From Heptranchias perlo (Eukaryota): a stretch of DNA of 64,000 bases. The stretch's first letter is position 1. Each line of letters begins with the position of its first letter. Location of the stretch: assembly GCF_035084215.1 (NCBI RefSeq), contig NW_027139666.1, positions 2,914,001 to 2,978,000 on the forward strand, written 5' to 3'. Below are positions 56,350 to 64,000 of this stretch, in pieces. The position numbers and the translations under genes were made by a program. The notes under the pieces were generated by a model, which saw only the letters and a program-made list of their open reading frames with translations, searched no databases and was not told where the DNA came from.

Positions 56350-56930
56350 TCACTGTCCAATAACAATAAACAGGGTGAGACTGGAACTAAACCAGGACCA
56401 TTCACTACTGGTTTGGGGAGAGAAAGCAGCAATGATTTTAAATAGCAGGTTCTTCCCATTCTCTCTCCCTTCCCCTGGACACACCCTGTACACACACAGC
56501 CCGAGAATGAACTCTCCCTTCCCCCTCTCACTCCATGTTCCGGGACCAGTTCCTGATCCACTCCGCCTCTTACAAACAGCCCCCGGACTCCCCCTGACCT
56601 TCCCCCGGATTCAATGCCGATCTCTGAGCCCATCTGCGGACACGGTCCCGAAGCGATGAGCTGCTGTAACGAGGCTGCTCTTTGCTCCCTTCCCCCGGGG
56701 GCCGTGATCTCTCCATTCCCGGCTGTTTTAAACCATCTTCTTCCGCTCACTGAGGGAATGGCGCCCACAGGCCGAGCTGGGGGAGGGGAGCGCGCATGCG
56801 CTCTTCTGCTCACCAACAATCAGCGCTGGGGGCGGGGCTGAGTCACGCATGCGCAGATATCTGGTTTAATTCCCAATACAAAAATCGATGGAAACTTTCC
56901 CCAATTGGAATTTTTCAGAGTCTGAGCAAA
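56350..56930 (-). promoter_or_regulatory. Promoter module P, copy 3
   Basis: GCGCGCATGCGC at ~56790, GGGGCGGGGCTGAGTCACGCATGCGCA at ~56828-56855. Confidence 0.6.
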
Positions 56931-58489
56931 TCCGAGAAGGATCCAGAATGAATGTGAAGTTTCCTCCCCCCGAGACAAAGGAACAGTGCAGCCAACTCCT
57001 TCTCACACACAGTATGTATATTATCACTCTCAGAAAGGTCAGAGGGAATGGGGTCCACAGGCAGTGCAGGAACAGGCACCAGAATGGAAACAGATGGGAT
57101 TCCACCAGTGCCTAACGCTGGAATCCAGACTGACTTTACAATCTCTCACTATTAAACTCGATGTTTCCATCCCTGCTGTTTCTCTCGGTATCTTTTGATG
57201 GTAAACGGCCTTTCATAGATAAAATGGGCGGCTGTGAAATGAGCCAATGGGTTCTGTTCATTGTTGGCTCCCTGACTGATAAAGCAACGCGTGACTCCGA
57301 AACTGGAGGGACGATTTCTCAAACCAATCCTGGAGAAACAGCGGAGCAAAGTGGGAGTCCGTATGTTTGCTGCGACCGTGTGGGATTAACATCTGACAGC
57401 AACAGTCCCAGATTATTTCAATCGGAATGAAACTCTCGGTCACTGAGAGAAATACTGAATGGGCCTGAGCTGCAAGATTACAAAGGGTGAAACATGCAAG
57501 AGAGGGTTAAATGTGTGACACTGTCCCTGAGAATGGGATTAATAATGTGTCTGTCTCTGAAATAATTTTAGTGAGAGATGAGACTGCATCTTCTGTCACT
57601 CCACCTTGGAATATCAATTGGAATGGAATATTTTTTCCAATTTGTTACTGGGTGAATGCTGGACATTACAGGTCAGTTTCTCTCTCTCTCTTTTGCACAG
57701 CATATGAATGTGGGATACTGTTACTGAGCGTGAAACGGACATACTGATAGGAAGTGTGAGACTGATACATTGTCTGTGTGTGTGTCTCTGTCTGTCTGTT
57801 TATCTGTCGGTCTGTCTTTCTCTCTCTCCAGCGCTGTAAATGAAAGCGAAATACTGTTACTGAGCTTAATATCGACACCCTGGTGGAAGGTAAAGACTGA
57901 TTCAGTGTTTGTGAACAGACCTCCGGTGCTGTTGGTGAGATAGTCACTGTCCCTTCTATTATGTATGAGCCGGATTGACGGTGCATTTATCAGTCTCCAG
58001 TCCAGTAAGGAAAGGTGGGGAGAAACAGCCTGGAACGGCCTGACACTGGACTGCCTGTTAGTGTTGAATTTATTCTGTAACGAGCCGTCTCTGGGTGTTG
58101 AGAATGGGACGGATAGGACACCAGTTACTATTGTCTGTCAGTCAGTTTAGGAGGAGAGAGAAACACAGAGAGACTGGAAGAGCCCAGAGCGGATAATTTG
58201 TATTATCGTCTTAACCAAACATATTTCTGTGTACGAACAGTATAATATTTTAAAACCAGATGTGAATTATCACACCAACAGCTGTGATTGTCTCCTGCCA
58301 CTGAATCTGCGGACCAGACACTGTGAGGAGCGCCGGCCTCAGAGTGTTTAACAGTTACTGAGCTGGGAAACTACAACTAACACCCGAGAATCTGCAGCAC
58401 AGGCCGAGCGGGGAGGAAAGCCTGTCCCGGGAATTGTCAATCTGGCGACCAGTTTGTCCTGTGAATGTGAAGATGTGAACATTGTGTCA

Positions 58490-58965
58490 GAGAGAGTGTG
58501 TTAAAGGGGCGGGCGGGGTAGATTAATGTCACTGTGTTTGTGTGGCCGGTCACATCGCCGTATTTCCGGGTCGCTTTTCAGTAAAATTTAAAAAAATCCC
58601 TTTCAAAGGATCGCCCTCCTCCCCTGCCGAGCTCCGAAGTGAAAAATTAAGGTAAGGTTTGAGTTCAATTCAAGATTTCAGACGAAAAACGGAGATCCTG
58701 TCAGCGATCGGGTGAGAGAGCGCGATCAGTGCAGCAATGAAACGGGTTTAAATCGAAACTGGTGCTTTCAATTCCGGTGAAAGTTTTTCGACAGCAAACA
58801 TTCCGGTGTGAGATATAGGAAGGGGCTAGTCTGGGACTCTGGAGTGCCCGCTTTTAATTGGAATCGGGAAGTTTAAGAGGAGAGAGAAACACAGAGAGGC
58901 TGGAGGGGCCGGGAGCTGACAGCAGGATGTCTCCGCCCCGTCCGCTCTGTGCCTTTAAGTTGCTC
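58490..58965 (+). promoter_or_regulatory. H1 promoter: TG boxes, H1/AC box, GC box, TATA-like element
   Basis: TGTGTTA at 58497, TGTGTTT at 58533, AAACACA at 58887, CTCCGCCCC at 58931, TTTAAG at ~58954. Confidence 0.75.
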
Positions 58966-59037
58966 TGTGCCGCCGCCTCTCGTTTCATTTCTGACCCAGC
59001 TCTGACTGTCAGAGAGATTTTCTCCAGAGTCCCGGAC

Positions 59038-59673
59038 ATGACAGACACTGCAGCCGCCGAAACGGCTCCTCCTGCCGTCGCCGCCGCTCGAACCAATGCT
59101 CCGAATAAGAAGAAGGCGGTTCCCCGACCCACCGGTCCCCCGTTGGGCGAACAGATCCTCAAGATTGTGGCGGATTGCAAGGATCGCAAGGGGATATCCC
59201 TGGCCGCGATAAAGAAGGTTCTGGCTGCCAAAGGCCTCGATGTGGAGAAGCAGCGGTCCCAGATTAAATTAAGTATCAAGAGAAATGTGGAAAAAGGCTC
59301 CCTGGTGCAGATAAAGGGCACGGGCGCCTCGGGCTCCTTCAGAGTCGCTAAGAAGGAAACTCAGGCAAAAGTGGGAAAGAAGGTGAAGAAACAAGTGACC
59401 AAGAAATCTCCCGGAAAGAAACCAGCGACCAAAAAAACAGCCGTCAAGAAATTAACGGCCAAGAAACCGGCCGCCAAGAAATCAGCGGTCAAGAAACCTG
59501 TTGCCAAGAAATCAACCACGAAAAAGGCGGTGAAATCACCAATTAAGAAGAAAGCGGCGGCTAAGAAGCCCAAGACCCCCAAGCCGGTGAAGGCGAAGAA
59601 GGTAGAAAAAGCGAGGGCCAAGCCCAAGCCGAAGTCAGCAAAGCCCAAGAAAGCAGCGGGCAAAAAGAAGTAA
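59038..59673 (+). CDS. H1: Linker histone H1, 211 aa
   Basis: Globular domain '[10 protein letters not shown]...DVEK...IK......[15 protein letters not shown]' and a K/A/P-rich tail. Stem-loop at 59710-59725 and HDE AAAAGAGCTG. Confidence 0.96.
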   Translation: MTDTAAAETAPPAVAAARTNAPNKKKAVPRPTGPPLGEQILKIVADCKDRKGISLAAIKKVLAAKGLDVEKQRSQIKLSIKRNVEKGSLVQIKGTGASGSFRVAKKETQAKVGKKVKKQVTKKSPGKKPATKKTAVKKLTAKKPAAKKSAVKKPVAKKSTTKKAVKSPIKKKAAAKKPKTPKPVKAKKVEKARAKPKPKSAKPKKAAGKKK

Positions 59674-59902
59674 AAAATCAAGTGCAACTTGTGAACATCT
59701 GAACCCAACGGCTCTTCTCAGAGCCACCCACGTCTCTCAGAAAAGAGCTGACCCCGGAATCAGATGATTCCTGTCCCGGGGCCGGGCTCAGATTTCAGAT
59801 GGAAATCATTGAAAATAAACCCAGGGTCCTGGTGACTCGCTGACATTCGCCACCCCCGCCCCAACCCCACTGTCTGGAATAAAATAGAGAGAACACAAGA
59901 TT

Positions 59903-59998
59903 AAGGCTCTTCCAAGAGCCACCCACCGCCTCACAGCGAGATCACTAACCTGGGACTGGGGGGAGGAAAGATCTCGGGGTGGGGAAGCAGTTTCCGAT
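59903..59998 (+). terminator. Orphan H4-type stem-loop and 3' flank with no coding region
   Basis: GGCTCTTCCAAGAGCCACCCACCGCCTCACAG...GAGGAAAGATCTCGGGGTG matches 61261-61354. Confidence 0.8.
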
Positions 59999-60529
59999 CT
60001 GTCCGGGCCGGGCCTCACTGTAACCGGCGCGTGTTCCGCTCCAATCCCAGTTTATTTTTTCTCACAGATTCAGGGCGAGAGTCCGTGAGAGGGTAAAACT
60101 GGCGGAGATCCGCCGCTATCACAATTCAAACCCCAACACATGAGATTCTTCAAATCAACTGGAATAAAGTGTTTGTAAACTGCTGAACCCGTCTGGGAGG
60201 GGATGTGTGGGGAGATAGAATCCGGTCTGAGTCTGAAATGGAAGGAAGCGGGTTGACTTGTTATAGAAGGGACTGTATTTAGGCAAAAATATTACTGACT
60301 GTTAATTGTAACGGGGATTATTTAAAAGCTCCGGGTTTCTGGGAATCCTTGAATATGAAGCCCGAGTCTGTAAGGGTTTGTGCGGAGCGCTGTGTTTCGG
60401 TTCTATTATCGATAAACGGTTTGAAATCGGCGGGTGGAGAAAGCTGGAGGTGGAGCTTGAAGGTCAGAGGCGGCTCTCGGGTCTGTGCGTCACTCTGACT
60501 GTCTCCTCCCCTCTCTGTTTAATATCTCA

Positions 60530-60747
60530 TGATGTGGAGATGCCGGTGATGGACTGGGGTTGACAATTGTAAACAATTTTACAACACCAAGTTATAGTCC
60601 AGCAATTTTATTTTAAATTCACAAGCTTTCGGAGATTTTCTCCTTCCTCAGGCAAATGTTTCAAGATCTCCTTGAAGCCTACGCATTTATACATATTGAA
60701 CAATAATACATGGTGTTTACAGACTGCCCCTGCAACTGCCCGTTGCC
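60530..60747 (-). mobile_element. Penelope-like element fragment flanked by an AATATCTCA duplication
   Basis: GATGTGGAGATGCCGGTGATGGACTGGGG...TTACAACACCAAGTTATAGTCCAGC...AAGCTTTCGGAG. AATATCTCA at 60521-60529 and 60748-60756. Family assignment is from recall. Confidence 0.7.
60617..60657 (-). ncRNA. Minimal type I hammerhead ribozyme motif
   Basis: AUUUGC-CUGAGGA-A-GGAGA-AAA-UCUCC-GAA-AGCU-U-GUGAAU: intact core, 5-bp stem II, palindromic AGCU stem III, 6-bp stem I. Confidence 0.72.
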
Positions 60748-60904
60748 AATATCTCACTCTATCTCCTCCCCTCTCCGTTTAATATCTCACTCTGTCTCCT
60801 CCCCTCCCTCGCTCATCCTGTGGAAGTTTCAGTCAGGTCGGGACAAGCTGCATAAAAATGGAACCAGCATAAATTCGCTGTTCATTCAACGGCGATTTTA
60901 GTGA

Positions 60905-61225
<321 letters not shown>

Positions 61226-62063
61226 ACAACTCGACCCTTTCAAACCGAACACAAAACAAAGGCTCTTCTAAGAGCCACCCACAGCCTCACAGAGAGAGCA
61301 CTGACCTGGGAACGGGGAGAGGAAAGATCTCGGGGTGAGGAATCAGTTTCCGATATTTATTTAGTATGGGGAGATTCCCCAACACTCGGTACAGGGAGAT
61401 CAGAAACAACGGCCGGGGTTCTCGGCCATCCCGAGAGAAGGAGCGGAATTCCCGGTTTCACGGTATAAATGAACAGGCGGTGATACAGAGTCTTTCCCCA
61501 GACATTACCTTCTCCGCTCAGAGTAAAATCCCTCCTCACTCCCTCTCCCCCTGTGTCCTCTCTGCTCGATGTTTATTTCCTGCCCTCATTCAGTTATCAG
61601 TTCGATGTGAAGTTTCTATGTGAGGTCCGGTTCACCGGGCCGGAACTGGCGGGATTTTTGAAATTGAAGCTGACTTTGTCCCGTTACGGAAAGCAATGAC
61701 CGGGACTTTATTACCACCGGTTTCCAGACAGATCAGAGAATGAACCGGAATGTGAAACAGCCTGAGATTTGAGCTGACGAGTGGGAATTAATGGAGATTA
61801 TAAAGAGAGAGATTCTTAAATTGCTGGAGGGAAATGAAATTTTCTTGAAACTGTTATTTGATGCTCTGAAATTGGCGGGCTTTTTGACATTGATGATTAA
61901 TTTCAGCTCAGCCAATTGGGGTCCAATACCTCCCGCCGTTTCGGTCTGACTGTGAGAGCTCGGTTCAAAGCCGCCAATCACAGGCCCGGAGCTGTCCCTC
62001 CCTGACAGGGTGTGGGACTTTATCCAATCACAGGCCAGGGGCGGATTCCCTTGGACCATTTAA

Positions 62064-62543
<480 letters not shown>

Positions 62544-63887
62544 ACCCGACCCGGCTTCAGCACCAAGTGCAACAAAGGCTCTTTTCAGAGCCACCAAATC
62601 GGCGATGGAAAGAGCTGTGATCTCCTGGGTTGAAATGGTGGTACAGTGCAGATAAAAAAAATAATTAAACGGGAAATTCATGAATGGAGGTAGCGGATGT
62701 CAAGCTGCGCACGACTAGCATTTATAAACTGTCCATATCATAGCCCGTTATAACACGGGAGAGAGTTAGGAGTGGAGCTGATCTGTGAAGTTCTGGGCAG
62801 GTACAGTAGCAGTGTTAAATATACACAAACAGACAAGGGTGACAATTCCAGACTAACCGACATCAGGTATTTGAAAACGACACAGTTTAATTTCCACACA
62901 TCACACCCAGGATTGGAGGGAGGTGAATTCCACTCACTGCGCAGACTGAGTCCCATCATCACATCCAGTGACACATTTGGACAGTCAAATTACTGGCAAA
63001 TAGGTACGGAAAGGGCTGAATTCGATCCTACTTTTTCACATCAGGTATCTGCACCCCCAGTGTCAATCTAACTCGGACATATATACAGGGAGAGGATCGT
63101 GCAGCGTCCAAAGCACAAGAGATGCAAGTTCTCATTTCCGATATAGTGTCAGCTTGGCTCTGTTGGAAATACTTTGATCTCTAAAGAATCAGTCTCGGAT
63201 CAAATGCAGTTTGTCTATTATCCCTCTCCAGCTGTAGTGACAGAGGCTGTTTCACTGTAACTCGCAATAATAGATCCAAAGTGTTTTCTTTCAGCGCTCG
63301 AATCGGAAGCAGTGTGAAACTTAGTGTCACATTCACTGCGGTACTCGTCAGACTGACAGGGACAGAATAAATCTCTCACTCACATCTAGTAACAGACAAA
63401 TTTCATTCACTGATTCAGCAATCGCTGACACAATGATCAACACATCCGTCACCTTCTGGGTAATGGAAGTCAGACCGAGTAAGTGTTGTGGGAGAATGAG
63501 ACTGCAAATAACACTTAAAATAATGGCTCGAACACAATAGAGTGCGTCTTGTTGCCGATGATCAAATACACCCGTTATCTCTCTAGCCCACCCGCCCAGT
63601 TTAATGAACTGATTATTTGTCTCATTTTCCATACAATCTGTATATTTCAACCTATTGGAGGTTGGCGACATCTACTGTCCGGAAGCGAGTACTGCAACAG
63701 ATCGTTTGTATTTAACAAGACATCGTTCGTTTGGAACTAACGGGAGGCAGTTTGATCCAGATGTGAAACAGATTGTTTATTATTAAATTGATTTCTGACT
63801 CCCTTCATACAGTAACCAGCCCTTTCATAGATAAAGTGGGTGGCTCTGAAAAGAGCCTTTGTGTTATCAGATTAATTCTTGGTCGCT

Positions 63888-64000
63888 TTACTTGCTCTTG
63901 GAGCTCACAGTGCTGGTTTTCTTCGGCAGCAGCACGGCCTGGATATTAGGCAGCACCCCGCCCTGAGCGATGGTCACCCGCCCCAGCAGCTTGTTGAGCT
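63888..64000 (-). CDS. H2A: Histone H2A, 3' part (gene continues beyond the window)
   Basis: [36 protein letters not shown]. Stem-loop at 63842-63857. Confidence 0.92.
   Translation of the reverse strand, partial: LNKLLGRVTIAQGGVLPNIQAVLLPKKTSTVSSKSK

Larger units (their letters stand above)
44800..57780 (+). repeat. Direct segmental duplication of positions 1-13030
   Basis: Colinear from TTCTGTACTCGGTGTGAAG (2 vs 44801) through H2B, CR1, tRNA relic, satellites, M and P. Confidence 0.9.

Noticed and set aside
58858-59037. N-terminal extensions of H1 (and of H2A, H2B, H3) in the ORF track
   Set aside because: They start at non-ATG codons and overlap promoter or 5' UTR sequence. The real starts are the canonical ATGs.

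Overview
Vertebrate genomic DNA, most likely a shark or ray. This is inferred from the CR1/HER1-type LINE tails, the 'MEKPWKCGDCG' zinc-finger style and the H1/H2B sequences. The window is part of a replication-dependent histone cluster. It holds two intact H2B, two complete H2A plus one running off the right edge, two H4 (one carrying Y51H and T80P), one H3.2 and one H1, all with 3' stem-loops, plus H2A and H2B pseudogenes. It also contains a 13-finger C2H2 gene broken by one in-frame TAA, tRNA-Gly(TCC) relics, CR1/L2/Tx1/hAT/Penelope fragments and several satellites. Much of the window is one ~13 kb unit present three times (1-13.3k, 44.8-57.8k, and a shorter inverted copy at 28.85-36.5k). 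The most interesting signals are: (i) a CpG promoter plus conserved splice sites inside that unit, suggesting a multicopy spliced non-coding transcript aimed at H2B; (ii) many oriented CTCF-like sites with the upstream module, several sitting exactly at satellite starts; (iii) an intact-looking minimal hammerhead ribozyme in a Penelope-like insert in the variant H4 promoter; (iv) CDE/CHR-like elements upstream of histone genes. All alignments and motif calls were made by eye, so repeat boundaries are approximate and functions are untested.
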